Shown here: positions 8,931-18,445 of the stretch, piece by piece
How the letters are laid out: each line of letters begins with the position of its first letter
Position numbering within the stretch: position 1 is the first letter of the stretch
From: Planctopirus limnophila DSM 3776
Lineage (GTDB): Bacteria; Planctomycetota; Planctomycetia; Planctomycetales; Planctomycetaceae
Direction: 5' to 3'
Assembly (NCBI RefSeq): GCF_000092105.1
Contig: NC_014148.1
Location: forward strand, 3,480,001 to 3,512,000
DNA: 32,000 nt
Made by a program: the position numbers and the translations under genes
The notes under the pieces: generated by a model
The model's database searches: none
What the model saw: the letters and a program-made list of their open reading frames with translations, nothing else
Told to the model about the DNA's origin: nothing

Positions 8931-9437
8931 TCAAACACCTGTGACCTTGAAGATGCCGATGATGGCCAGCAGCACGAACACTGCAACAAAGACCAGAAAC
9001 GCAAAGGTGAGAGCAAAATAGAACGCGGCCAAAGCCAATGCATCGACAAATTTTAAGCCCGCATTCGACTCTTTCTCCGGAATTGTTTTCATCAGTACGG
9101 CCGCAGTGATCAGCAGACCAAATATCGTGGCATACATGAAGTACAGAGGAGGAAAGCTAAACGCGAGATTCATCCTGGAATATCCACGATCATCTTCCAA
9201 TCCACCTAACAATGAGATGGAAAAGACCGAACTCAAACTCACATAACCATTAAGAGAGATCAGGATAAAATTGGTGATCAGAGAACTCTTGAGAGCACCT
9301 CGATAAGGAATCGTGGCAAATCCCAACCAAGTCGCAGCGAGACGTAGCCAAATGGCTCCAACCAGGCTGCTCACCAGAAGTCCCGCAACAATCAAGGCAA
9401 ATCCATACAAGGCCTGGGTTATCCATGCGATATCCAT
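8931..9437 (-). CDS. hypothetical integral membrane protein (168 aa, about 4 TM segments)
   Basis: Hydrophobic helices: ALYGFALIVAGLLVSSLVGAIWL, LITNFILISLNGYV, LYFMYATIFGLLITAAVL and ALALAAFYFALTFAFLVFVAVFVLLAIIGIF. A GGAGTGA Shine-Dalgarno-like element sits just upstream of ATG 9437. Confidence 0.7.
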   Translation of the reverse strand: MDIAWITQALYGFALIVAGLLVSSLVGAIWLRLAATWLGFATIPYRGALKSSLITNFILISLNGYVSLSSVFSISLLGGLEDDRGYSRMNLAFSFPPLYFMYATIFGLLITAAVLMKTIPEKESNAGLKFVDALALAAFYFALTFAFLVFVAVFVLLAIIGIFKVTGV

Positions 9438-9561
9438 CCATCACTCCAGCTTCACGTCTGTGCTGCGACTGTCGAACTGTCAGAGCTTCGTTGCCTGTAA
9501 AAAAGTTTACTAGGCGACCCCTGCCATGGCGTTCATAACTCATTCGAGGAGGTGGCAGCAA

Positions 9562-9590
9562 CTGAAATCGTGTTCTTGAGGCGATTTCAG
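9562..9590 (-). other. perfect 9-bp inverted repeat with 11-nt loop (hairpin) between rpiB and the membrane-protein gene
   Basis: ctgaaatcg (9562-9570) and cgatttcag (9582-9590). It lies about 75 nt downstream of the rpiB stop. On the minus strand only UU follows it, so terminator function is uncertain. Confidence 0.25.
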
Positions 9591-9664
9591 CTCGATTTGA
9601 CGACCCGCATGTAAGAAGAGCTCTGGGCTTAGGCCGGCAGGATAGACCACTAACGTGGAACACT

Positions 9665-10138
9665 TTAAGAAGCTGGTGTCCATTCACCCGAATTGGCACG
9701 GCGTTCGATTTCGAGAAGTTTAGCCAGGCGGCGGGCGTGGCGTTCTTCGTGGGTGTACCGCGCATTCAGAAACGACTGCACGATCTCGAGTGCGAGAGCT
9801 TCGCCGACAATCCGGGCACCCAGACATAGGACGTTCATATCATCGTGCTCAACCCCTTGATGGGCCGAGTAAGTGTCGTGGCAGACGCCCGCACGCACAC
9901 CAGGTACCTTATTGGCAGCGACGCTGATACCAATTCCTGAGCCGCAGAGCAGAATCGCGCGATCCGCCTCCCGGCGGGCAATGGCCAGCCCCCCTGTGAG
10001 CCCATAATCCGGATAGTCGACGGAACAGCTCGAATCTGTCCCCAGATCAACAATTTCGTGACCGCACGACTTCACCACTTCGGCGACTTTAGCCTTGAGT
10101 GGAAATCCGCCGTGATCACATCCAAGGGCAATTCGCAT
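9665..10138 (-). CDS. rpiB: ribose-5-phosphate isomerase B (RpiB/LacA/LacB family sugar-phosphate isomerase)
   Basis: MRIALGCDHGGFPLK...ILLCGSGIGISVAANKVPGVRAGVCHDTYSAHQGVEHDDMNVLCLGARIVG match family motifs. I chose the start at ATG 10138 (MRIALG), as is typical for the family. The track ORF begins 6 codons upstream. Confidence 0.93.
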   Translation of the reverse strand: MRIALGCDHGGFPLKAKVAEVVKSCGHEIVDLGTDSSCSVDYPDYGLTGGLAIARREADRAILLCGSGIGISVAANKVPGVRAGVCHDTYSAHQGVEHDDMNVLCLGARIVGEALALEIVQSFLNARYTHEERHARRLAKLLEIERRANSGEWTPAS

Positions 10139-10279
10139 AGGAAACTCGGCACGCATTCAGGGAGATTTGGAGGATTCGTAAGCCTACGAGAACTGTCTTT
10201 TGCCCGCAAATCGTCTCACGACAATTCGTTCCTGGAGGGGATGCGGCTACATCATTTCAATAATGAGGTTTTTTGCAAG

Positions 10280-10318
10280 AAAGCCCCATCGCGACCAGGA
10301 TGTCACGAGTGGGGCTTT
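10280..10318 (-). terminator. long imperfect hairpin 29 nt downstream of the gltD stop (terminator-like, no U-tract)
   Basis: The outer stem is aaagcccca (10280-10288) paired with tggggcttt (10310-10318). The inner stem is tcgcgac paired with gtcacga, with one mismatch and one bulge. On the minus-strand transcript CUUGCAAAAAA follows, not a U-run. Confidence 0.35.
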
Positions 10319-10346
10319 GAAGGGAAATCATCGAATTTCGACGAGC

Positions 10347-11816
10347 TTACGCCGTCAGATCTGTCTTCCCCATCAAATGCAGATCGACAGAGCGGGCCAC
10401 GCCGCGGCCTTCGTTGATCGCCCAGACCACCAGGCTCTGGCCACGTCGGCAGTCACCGGCAGCAAAGACACCGGGAACATTTGTGGCAAACTTACCGTGC
10501 TCGGCCTTGTAGTTTGAACGCTCGTCAAGCGAGACGCCCAACTGCTCCGAGATCGGTGATTCGGGCCCGAGAAAACCCATGGCCAGCAGAACAAGATCGG
10601 CGGGAATCTCACGCTCGGTCCCGGCAATCGGCTTAAAGGGAGGAGCCGCTTCAACCTGAGAAATACGGATCGCTTTCACATGGCCTGCTTCATTCCCCAC
10701 AAACTCAAGAGCTGTCGTGCTGTAAAGACGAGGATCGTGGCCAAAGACAGCGGCAGCTTCCGCATGACCGTAATCGACCTTGTAGGTCTTGGGCCATTGG
10801 GGCCAGGGGTTATTCGCTGCACGTTCATCAGGCGACTTGGGAACGATTTCCAGATTCGTCAGGCTCTTGCAGCCATGACGGGCCGATGTTCCGAGGCAAT
10901 CATTACCTGTATCGCCACCACCGATGACAACGACATGCTTATCTTTGGCAGTGATGTACTGTCCATTCGACAGCTCAGAATCAAGCAGACTCTTGGTATT
11001 GGCGTGGAGGAACTCCATCGCAAAGTGAATCCCCTTGAGTTGCCGGCCAGCAATCGGAAGATCACGCGGACGCGTGGCACCCATACAGAGGACAATGGCG
11101 TCAAACTCTTTCTTGAGTTGATCCGCAGGCAACTGACGTCCCACTTCGACACCCGTCTTGAAAACGACGCCTTCTTCTTCGAGCAACTTCACACGCCGCT
11201 CGACGACGTGCTTTTCAAGCTTCATATTCGGGATACCATACATGAGCAACCCGCCGATTCTGTCGGCGCGCTCAAAGACGGTGACAAGATGACCCGCACT
11301 GTTGAGCTGAGCAGCTGCCGATAGACCGGCAGGCCCTGAGCCAATCACCGCCACTTTCTTGCCCGTACGATGAAGTGGTTTCCGGGGAACAACCCAGCCC
11401 TCTTCAAAGCCCTTATCGATAATCGAACATTCAATGTTCTTAATGGTGACCGGAGGATTGGTAATCCCCAGCACACAGGAACCTTCACAAGGAGCGGGAC
11501 ACACACGACCTGTGAACTCAGGAAAGTTATTGGTCTTATGAAGGCGATCGAGGGCTTCGTGCCAGTGGCCACGATAAACCAGATCGTTCCATTCAGGAAT
11601 GAGATTGTTGATCGGGCAACCAGCCGCCATGCCAGCCATCAATTGACCCGTATGGCAGAACGGGACGCCACAATCCATGCAACGAGCCCCCTGCTTGCGC
11701 AGATCGTCCTCAGCCATGTGATCGTGGAATTCATTCCAGTCGAGAATCCGCAGCTTGGGTGAACGATCTTCCGGAACCTGACGGGTGAACTCTTTGAAAC
11801 CTGTGGGCTTTCCCAT
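10347..11816 (-). CDS. gltD: glutamate synthase (NADPH) small subunit
   Basis: [13 protein letters not shown]...[10 protein letters not shown] (Fe-S Cys motif)...[23 protein letters not shown] (dinucleotide fold)...[22 protein letters not shown]. The start is set at ATG 11816 (MGKPTGF), the typical GltD N-terminus. The 42 upstream codons in the track ORF are probably not translated. Confidence 0.96.
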   Translation of the reverse strand: MGKPTGFKEFTRQVPEDRSPKLRILDWNEFHDHMAEDDLRKQGARCMDCGVPFCHTGQLMAGMAAGCPINNLIPEWNDLVYRGHWHEALDRLHKTNNFPEFTGRVCPAPCEGSCVLGITNPPVTIKNIECSIIDKGFEEGWVVPRKPLHRTGKKVAVIGSGPAGLSAAAQLNSAGHLVTVFERADRIGGLLMYGIPNMKLEKHVVERRVKLLEEEGVVFKTGVEVGRQLPADQLKKEFDAIVLCMGATRPRDLPIAGRQLKGIHFAMEFLHANTKSLLDSELSNGQYITAKDKHVVVIGGGDTGNDCLGTSARHGCKSLTNLEIVPKSPDERAANNPWPQWPKTYKVDYGHAEAAAVFGHDPRLYSTTALEFVGNEAGHVKAIRISQVEAAPPFKPIAGTEREIPADLVLLAMGFLGPESPISEQLGVSLDERSNYKAEHGKFATNVPGVFAAGDCRRGQSLVVWAINEGRGVARSVDLHLMGKTDLTA

Positions 11817-11968
11817 AATGCACTTTTCCCGAGAAATAGGGCCAGACGTGATCGCCAGGCCATGCAAAGTGAATCGAGTGATATCGAGAGGAATCTGCTG
11901 GTCTGGGAGATCGTGGATGCTTCTGCCAAACCAAGTGGTCAAAAATTGATGCGAAGGGGAAAACCACC

Positions 11969-11995
11969 CCGCTGCCAGCGAGCGCCAGGCAGCGG
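11969..11995 (-). terminator. GC-rich hairpin in the gltB-gltD spacer (possible attenuator or partial terminator)
   Basis: ccgctgcc (11969-11976) and ggcagcgg (11988-11995) with an 11-nt loop. On the minus-strand RNA, GGUGGUUUUCC follows the hairpin. It starts 25 nt after the gltB stop, inside a 204-bp intercistronic spacer. Confidence 0.3.
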
Positions 11996-12020
11996 AGCAG
12001 ATCGATCCCTGGCGAAGCCT

Positions 12021-15000
12021 TTAATTTGCAGCCAGCACCTTCTGCTGTGCTGCTTTCTTCTGTTCGGCCAGAGCCCGCTTGTAATCGACTGGCATGACCT
12101 TCTTGAACTGAGAAAGAGCCGTTTCCCAGCGGGCAATCAGACCACGAGCAACGGTTGAACCGGTGTACTCCATGTGCCGGCGGACAAGATCGAGCAGTTC
12201 AGCCCTGTCTTCCTCGGCTTCCACCTTTTCGAGCTCAACCATTTCCAGATTGCAGTTACCCAGGAGGTTGTCGTTCGGGTCGTAAACATAACCAATCCCA
12301 CCCGACATCCCGGCAGCGAAGTTTCTTCCTGTGGGCCCCAGGATGACAGCACGACCGCCAGTCATGTATTCAAGGCCATGGTCTCCGACCCCTTCAACCA
12401 CGCAAACAGCACCCGAGTTTCGCACGCAGAATCGCTCGGCAGCACGTCCACGCACAAAGAGTTCACCTTGAATGGCTCCATAGAGTGCGACGTTGCCAAT
12501 GATGATGTTTTCTTCGGCGACAAACGAAGAGTTCTTCGGTGGGTAAATGATCACTCGACCGCCTGAAAGTCCCTTACCCACAAAGTCGTTGGCATCGCCT
12601 TCAACTTCAATGGTCACTCCATGAGCAAGCCACGCACCGACACTTTGCCCCGCAGAACCTTTACAGCGAATGTGGATTGTGCCATCGGGCAGACCTTTAG
12701 CACCCCACTTCTTGGAGACCTCATGACTGAGCATCGTTCCCAGAGCGCGGTTGATGTTCTGCACAGGAATGGCAAGTTCCACATGTTTGCCATCTTCAAT
12801 CGCGGGCTGGCACTCACGAATGAGTTCGTTATCAATCTGCAGTTCCATCCCATGCTTTTGGGTCGTGGTGCAGAAGGTTTCCACATCAGGATGCGGCTTG
12901 CGTGCCGGTGTGAGAATGGCCGACAGATCGAGATGCTTGGCCTTCCAGTGATCGATGGCCGAATTGAATTCGAGCATATCACTGCGGCCCACCATTTCGT
13001 TAACAGTGCGGAAGCCAAGTTCAGCCATGATCTCGCGTGCTTCTTCAGCCACCATGAAGAGGTAGTTGATGACATGCTCGGGCTGGCCAGTGAATTTGGC
13101 CTTCAATTCCGGATCCTGCGTGGCAATCCCCACAGGGCAGGTATTGAGATGACACTTACGCATCATGATACAGCCCAGAGCAATCAGCGGTGCTGTGGCG
13201 AAACCGATTTCCTCAGCCCCCAGCAGCATACCAATCACCACATCGCGGCCGGTCTTGAGTTGACCATCCGTCTGCAGTCGAACACGGCTGCGCAGGTTGT
13301 TTAGCACCAGCGTCTGATGAGTTTCAGCAATGCCCAGTTCCCAAGGCAAACCAGCATGCTTAATACTGGTGATCGGAGAAGCCCCGGTCCCACCACTATC
13401 CCCCGAGATCAGAATGTTATCGGCATGGCCTTTAGCAACCCCAGCGGCAATCGTACCGACACCGACCTCAGACACCAGCTTCACACTGATGCGTGCCGAT
13501 GGGTTCGAGTTCTTCAGGTCGAAGATCAATTGAGCCAGATCTTCGATCGAGTAGATGTCGTGATGTGGCGGAGGACTGATCAGCCCCACACCTGGTGTCG
13601 AGTGCCGGGTCGCAGCAATGACCTGATCAACCTTATGCCCAGGCAGCTCACCCCCTTCACCAGGTTTAGCCCCTTGCGAAATCTTGATCTGGATCTCATC
13701 GGCATTGGTCAGGTAATAGCTGGTGACACCAAAGCGGCCTGAAGCCACCTGCTTGATCGCTGACTTTTTGGAGTCTCCACTGGGCAATGGCTGGAACCGC
13801 GAATAGTCTTCGCCCCCTTCCCCTGTGTTGCTCTTGCCACCAATGCGATTCATGGCAATCGCCAGCGATTCGTGAGCGGCTGCCGAGATCGAACCAAAGC
13901 TCATCGCACCGGTGCAGAATCGCTTGACGATAGCTGCTGCGGATTCGACTTCTTCGAGTGGTACCGGTGTCCCAGGCTTGAACTTCAAGAGACCACGCAG
14001 ATGGCATTCGCGAGCAGTCTGCTCGTTAACCATCTTCGAGAACTCTTTGTAAGCCGACTTGTCTCCTTGACGGGCAGCGCGCTGGAGATTGGCAATATTC
14101 TGCGGATTCCAGGCGTGCTTTTCGCCTGTCGCACGCCAGTGCATCAGACCAAAATTCGGCAGCACAGGGAGTTTCTCGTTGCCACGGCTGGGGTAGCCCA
14201 GTTCGTGACGACGAATCGCTTCTTCTGCGAGGATTTCAAAGCCCACACCCTTGATACGGCTGGCGGTTCCCCGGAAGCATTCCTTGATGACTTCTTCCGA
14301 AAGTCCCACGGCTTCAAAGATCTGGGCTCCCTTGTAGCTGGCCAGAGTGGAGATCCCCATCTTGGCCATCACCTTGAGAATCCCCTGCTTGGTCGCTTTG
14401 CGATAAGCAGCAGTGATCTGCTCGTGAGTCCAATCCCCTTCGAGTTCACCTTCTTCCTGCAACTGCCACAAGGCTTCAAATGCCATGTAAGGATTGATGG
14501 CGTCGGCACCATAACCAACCAACAGGCAGAAGTGATGCACTTCGCGAGCCTCACCCGTCTCAACAACCAGCCCAATCTTCGTGCGTTCTTCGCTGCGAAT
14601 CAGGTGGTGATGGACAGCCCCGGTCGCGAGCAAAGCACTGATAGGGAGCCGATCATTCGACATCGCACGGTCGGAAAGGATGACCAGTCCAAAACCATCC
14701 TGAATGGCCTGGCTCACTTCAGCACGAACGCGATCGAGTGCGGGCTTGAGTCCCTTGACACCTTCCTTTTTAGGATAGGTGATATCAATAATCTTGGACT
14801 TCCAGCCGCGATAATCAAGGTGTGCCAGCGAAGCCAGTTCTTCGTTAGTGAGAATCGGGTGTGGCACCGCGAGTCGATGACACTGCCCGGCTGTGGTTTC
14901 CAGCAGGTTACCTTCTGGCCCGATGTAACACTCCAGTGACATGATGACCTCTTCTCGAGTGGAGTCGATGGGAGGGTTCGTCACCTGGGCAAAGAGCTGC

Positions 15001-16730
15001 TTGAAATAATCGTAGAGCAGACGCGGCTGATCACTCAGACAGGCCAGAGCCGTATCGTCGCCCATCGAGCCGAGTGGATCTTTCTTTGTCTTGATCATCG
15101 GCACGAGCATGAACTGCAAAGTTTCGGTGGTGTAGCCGAAAGCCTGCATGTGCGAGAGCAACGTTTCTCCGCACATCCGCTCAAAAGCGGGGTACGGCGG
15201 CAATTCGCTGAGCTGAATCCGCTGTTCTTCAAGCCATTGCTTATAAGGGCGACGGTTAGAGAAATCCCGCTTGAGTTCTTCGTCCGGGATGAGGCGACCT
15301 TGCCGGAAATCGACCAGGAACATTTTTCCCGGCTGCAGGCGGCCCTTCATCTTCACATTTTCAGGCGCGATATCGAGCACCCCGACTTCGCTGGCCATGA
15401 CGACGCGATCATCGTGCGTGACATAAAACCGGCTGGGACGAAGACCGTTCCGGTCGAGGGTCGCACCGATGACATCACCATCAGTAAAGCTGACCGATGC
15501 CGGGCCATCCCACGGCTCTTGCAGAGCTGAGTGATACTCGTAAAACGCCCGTTTGTCCTCGGGCATGGTGTCATGATTCTGCCATGCTTCGGGGATCATC
15601 ATCATGACGGCTTCAGGCAGACTGCGACCGCTCTGCACCAGGATTTCGAGAGCATTATCGAAGTTGCCCGAGTCTGAGCAATAGGGCTCAACCAGCGGGA
15701 ACAGTTTGGGGAGATCATCACCAAAGAGTTCACTCTTCATCATCCCCTGGCGGGCGTACATCCAGTTGCCATTTCCACGGACGGTGTTGATTTCACCGTT
15801 GTGAGCGACATAACGCTGCGGATGAGCACGATCCCAACTGGGGAAGGTGTTGGTCGAAAAGCGGGAGTGAACCATCGCCAGGTGAGAGACATAGTCTTCT
15901 TCCTGGAGATCGACAAAGAAGTTACAGACCTGATCGGGAGTGAGCATCCCTTTATAAATCAGCACCTTGGTCGACAGCGAGCAGATGTAGAACATCAACG
16001 CCTGAGGGAGTGAACCTTCGCGAATGGCATGGCTGGCCCGCTTGCGAATCACAAAAAGCTGGCGAGCAAAAGCTTCTTCGGAAAGACCTTCGGCAGCACC
16101 CACAATGAGATGTTCAAACACCGGCATGACAGCACGGGCCGATGGCCCGATATCGGCTTTATCGGGCTCGACGGGAACTTTTCGCCAGCCAATCAGTGTC
16201 TGGCCCTGCTGGCGAATAATCTCAGCGACCGTCTCCTTGCAGACTCTTCGCTGTTCGGGGTCTGTCGGCAGAAACGTGAGACCTATCCCGAATCGTCCTT
16301 CAGGGGGAAGTTCGGCAGAGAGATCTTTACGGACAACCCGCTTGAGGAACTGATAAGGAATGCCTGTGAGCATCCCTGCCCCATCGCCAGTATTTTCTTC
16401 GCAGCCACAGGCTCCGCGATGGGACATGTGACGCAGAATCCGGTCAGCGTCAACGACAATCTGATGAGACTTCTGTCCCTTGATGTGGGCCACAAAGCCC
16501 ACGCCGCAACTGTCATGCTCATTGGCAGGGTCGTAGAGACCATGTGCTTTGGGAGTGCCCCCTGGAGCAAAAATCTCTTCGCTGTAGGGAGAGGCAAATA
16601 AGGAACTCGCCGCTACGGGGCCGAGATTCTGGGCCTTGACCTCCTGCCTGGCGAGTGAACGTGCGGTTTCCGATGAGTGCAGTGACTGAGCTGACGAGGA
16701 CGAAAGGCCAGTGCTGTGAAAATCTGTCAT
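12021..16730 (-). CDS. gltB: glutamate synthase large subunit
   Basis: 1569 aa. The Ntn-amidotransferase catalytic Cys is in context (HDSCGVGFVAHIKGQKSH). The FMN / Fe-S central domain and C-terminal GXGXG beta-helix region are present (GDANDFVGKGLSGGRVIIYPP...GAIQGELFVRGRAAERFCVRNSGA). Confidence 0.98.
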   Translation of the reverse strand: MTDFHSTGLSSSSAQSLHSSETARSLARQEVKAQNLGPVAASSLFASPYSEEIFAPGGTPKAHGLYDPANEHDSCGVGFVAHIKGQKSHQIVVDADRILRHMSHRGACGCEENTGDGAGMLTGIPYQFLKRVVRKDLSAELPPEGRFGIGLTFLPTDPEQRRVCKETVAEIIRQQGQTLIGWRKVPVEPDKADIGPSARAVMPVFEHLIVGAAEGLSEEAFARQLFVIRKRASHAIREGSLPQALMFYICSLSTKVLIYKGMLTPDQVCNFFVDLQEEDYVSHLAMVHSRFSTNTFPSWDRAHPQRYVAHNGEINTVRGNGNWMYARQGMMKSELFGDDLPKLFPLVEPYCSDSGNFDNALEILVQSGRSLPEAVMMMIPEAWQNHDTMPEDKRAFYEYHSALQEPWDGPASVSFTDGDVIGATLDRNGLRPSRFYVTHDDRVVMASEVGVLDIAPENVKMKGRLQPGKMFLVDFRQGRLIPDEELKRDFSNRRPYKQWLEEQRIQLSELPPYPAFERMCGETLLSHMQAFGYTTETLQFMLVPMIKTKKDPLGSMGDDTALACLSDQPRLLYDYFKQLFAQVTNPPIDSTREEVIMSLECYIGPEGNLLETTAGQCHRLAVPHPILTNEELASLAHLDYRGWKSKIIDITYPKKEGVKGLKPALDRVRAEVSQAIQDGFGLVILSDRAMSNDRLPISALLATGAVHHHLIRSEERTKIGLVVETGEAREVHHFCLLVGYGADAINPYMAFEALWQLQEEGELEGDWTHEQITAAYRKATKQGILKVMAKMGISTLASYKGAQIFEAVGLSEEVIKECFRGTASRIKGVGFEILAEEAIRRHELGYPSRGNEKLPVLPNFGLMHWRATGEKHAWNPQNIANLQRAARQGDKSAYKEFSKMVNEQTARECHLRGLLKFKPGTPVPLEEVESAAAIVKRFCTGAMSFGSISAAAHESLAIAMNRIGGKSNTGEGGEDYSRFQPLPSGDSKKSAIKQVASGRFGVTSYYLTNADEIQIKISQGAKPGEGGELPGHKVDQVIAATRHSTPGVGLISPPPHHDIYSIEDLAQLIFDLKNSNPSARISVKLVSEVGVGTIAAGVAKGHADNILISGDSGGTGASPITSIKHAGLPWELGIAETHQTLVLNNLRSRVRLQTDGQLKTGRDVVIGMLLGAEEIGFATAPLIALGCIMMRKCHLNTCPVGIATQDPELKAKFTGQPEHVINYLFMVAEEAREIMAELGFRTVNEMVGRSDMLEFNSAIDHWKAKHLDLSAILTPARKPHPDVETFCTTTQKHGMELQIDNELIRECQPAIEDGKHVELAIPVQNINRALGTMLSHEVSKKWGAKGLPDGTIHIRCKGSAGQSVGAWLAHGVTIEVEGDANDFVGKGLSGGRVIIYPPKNSSFVAEENIIIGNVALYGAIQGELFVRGRAAERFCVRNSGAVCVVEGVGDHGLEYMTGGRAVILGPTGRNFAAGMSGGIGYVYDPNDNLLGNCNLEMVELEKVEAEEDRAELLDLVRRHMEYTGSTVARGLIARWETALSQFKKVMPVDYKRALAEQKKAAQQKVLAAN

Positions 16731-16910
16731 CTCAAAAAACTCTCAGACAAGGGATGAATTGGCTCGGCAAATCGAATTCGAAATCAATACACAACAGAAA
16801 ACGCTACTCGGGAATCTGGAATCGCTGACCATCCGTGATCGACAGCCCCGGAGGACAAGCTGGTTCGGCCTGATCGCCAGAACTATTAAAGATTCGGGCG
16901 AACTAAAGGA

Positions 16911-17996
16911 TTAAGGTGGAATGGTGGATTGCACGACAATCCGTTCCTGAGGTGGATCTGGTATGGGCAAGACCTCAGGCTGAGCCAGAATTGCTGAGCT
17001 TCCGGCCAATGGCCTGCCTGAGGAATTTGGTACTGCCACAGCAGGAACAATCCCGGTTGCTGTCTGCATGGAATGACCTGTCTGCATGGAATTTCCGAAG
17101 AGAAATGAGTCGGGATTTTGATGCAGCAGATCGAGGAACTTGCGCACCGCTGTTGTCAGCTGGCGATTCTTTTTATGAATGATCCCCAGCGGCCTGACCC
17201 AGCGCACATCTTCTAATGTGATCGCTTTCAGCGAGCCTATTTCGAGTTCACGACGAACAGTCGGCAGCGGCAGGAGTGCGACTCCTGAACCAATTTCGAC
17301 AGCCCGTTTGATATTCTCAATGTTGTCGAACTCATGACTGATTTCGACATTCACCCGGGCCTGCTTCAACCAGCGGTCGAGTTCTGTCCGCACCTGCAAC
17401 TGAGGTGTGTAAGTGACGAGTGATTCGCCGTCAATTTCACGAGCCCGAACCTTAGTGCGATTTGCCAGCCTGTGGCCGGAATAGACAATCAGAGCAATCT
17501 CCTGCTCCTGCCAGGGGATACAGGTGATATCAGGCCGCCTAGAAGCAAACGAGACAATCCCGAGATCTGCAATTTCATCGGTAACGCTGGTCACAACCGT
17601 CTCAGGATGCAGGTAGCGAAGTTCGAGAGCAGCATCGGGATAAAGGCGTTCAAACTGCCGAACATAAGCCCCCATCTGCAGCAAACCCACGGAATAGATG
17701 GCCGCAATGCGCACTGTGCCAACGACTTTGTTTTTCAGGTGGCGGACACTGTCTTCCAGGCGAAGTGCACGATCCAACAGATCGCGGCCTGCATCCAGAA
17801 CGAGCTTTCCCGCCGGGGTGAGTTCGAGAGGCCGCTTTGTGCGATCGATCAACTGCTCACCGAGAGTGGCTTCGAGGGCGCGGACCGTTTCGCTGACAAC
17901 TGGCTGTGAAATTCCCAATCCCCGCGCTGCCTTGGAAAAGCTGCGCAGGTTGGCCACTTCGGCAAAGATCTCCACAGCACGAAGCTCCAGCACCAA
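16911..17996 (-). CDS. LysR-family transcriptional regulator with a C-terminal extension of about 60 aa
   Basis: The N-terminal wHTH is LELRAVEIFAEVANLRSFSKAARGLGISQPVVSETVRALEATLGEQLIDRTKRPLELTPAG. The start is TTG 17996 (GTG 17993 is an alternative), with GAGAGGA just upstream. The Pro/Ser-rich tail extends beyond the usual length of about 300 aa. Confidence 0.9.
   Translation of the reverse strand: MVLELRAVEIFAEVANLRSFSKAARGLGISQPVVSETVRALEATLGEQLIDRTKRPLELTPAGKLVLDAGRDLLDRALRLEDSVRHLKNKVVGTVRIAAIYSVGLLQMGAYVRQFERLYPDAALELRYLHPETVVTSVTDEIADLGIVSFASRRPDITCIPWQEQEIALIVYSGHRLANRTKVRAREIDGESLVTYTPQLQVRTELDRWLKQARVNVEISHEFDNIENIKRAVEIGSGVALLPLPTVRRELEIGSLKAITLEDVRWVRPLGIIHKKNRQLTTAVRKFLDLLHQNPDSFLFGNSMQTGHSMQTATGIVPAVAVPNSSGRPLAGSSAILAQPEVLPIPDPPQERIVVQSTIPP
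17061..17096. repeat. 18-bp tandem duplication inside the LysR tail coding region
   Basis: tgtctgcatggaatgacc (17061-17078) and tgtctgcatggaatttcc (17079-17096). The first 14 nt are identical. It is in-frame and encodes the repeated SMQTGH / SMQTAT. Confidence 0.85.
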
Positions 17997-18412
17997 GAAT
18001 CCTCTCTATCGGAAAATCAAATAATTCGTCGCGTCAGGTATCGGCCTATTTGATTACAAGAGAATAGAAGGTGGGACTTCAATGTCAAGATTCTGTTGGA
18101 ATTTTTCCCTGATTAAAGGCTGATAACCGGCATCAGGGGCCAGAACCCCGAACGGTGAATGCGACAGGAATTGGAAATGACTGACGATCAGGAGAGGTAG
18201 GCAGAAGCGACTTCAGGCCAGCAGGACACAGGGCAAAGCAAGTGACGCATCGTCATCACGAATGACGTTTTCCACATTACAGAGCTACGGTTTCCGGATT
18301 TGTGGACCGGACAATTATCGGGATAACTGATATTTCCGACTCAATCACCATCTGCCATGCCGATGGAGGAGAAATCTCCAGAACTCGGGCATATCATCAA
18401 TAGTGCGAGAGG

Positions 18413-18433
18413 AAAAACCCTCATCCTTGAGGA
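18413..18433 (-). terminator. small intrinsic-terminator-like hairpin plus U5, 13 nt downstream of the Cys-rich protein gene stop
   Basis: The minus-strand RNA reads UCCUCA-AGGA-UGAGGG followed by UUUUU. On the plus strand this is aaaaa at 18413-17, ccctca at 18418-23, tcct at 18424-27 and tgagga at 18428-33. Confidence 0.45.
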
Positions 18434-18445
18434 TTTGTGCCAATT

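Noticed and set aside
9250-9765. 171-aa minus ORF overlapping the membrane-protein gene start and the rpiB 3' end
   Set aside because: It is out of frame with two better-supported genes and has no motifs.
10680-11324. 214-aa plus-strand ORF antisense to gltD
   Set aside because: Same-phase shadow ORF (both 0 mod 3). gltD motifs are unambiguous.
13872-14939. 355-aa plus-strand ORF inside gltB. The same applies to 12621-13304, 16029-16601 and 15150-15530.
   Set aside because: The three longest (13872, 12621 and 16029) start at 0 mod 3, the same codon phase as gltB (lower end 12021, also 0 mod 3). In that phase, antisense stops need the sense codons TTA, CTA or TCA, so long shadow ORFs arise automatically. 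The sequences are R/F/L-rich with no recognisable family, and gltB is unambiguous.
16772-16781. TCGAATTCGA palindrome about 40 bp upstream of gltB, considered as a possible LysR (T-N11-A) box
   Set aside because: It is only 10 bp and the flanks do not extend the dyad. That is too short to distinguish from chance.
17472-17909. 145-aa plus-strand ORF antisense to the LysR gene
   Set aside because: Same-phase shadow ORF (both 0 mod 3). The LysR wHTH motif fixes the strand.
18082-18123. 13-codon mini-ORF (MSRFCWNFSLIKG) with a GAAGGTGG element upstream
   Set aside because: It is too short to evaluate, and no downstream plus-strand gene exists for it to act as a leader peptide.
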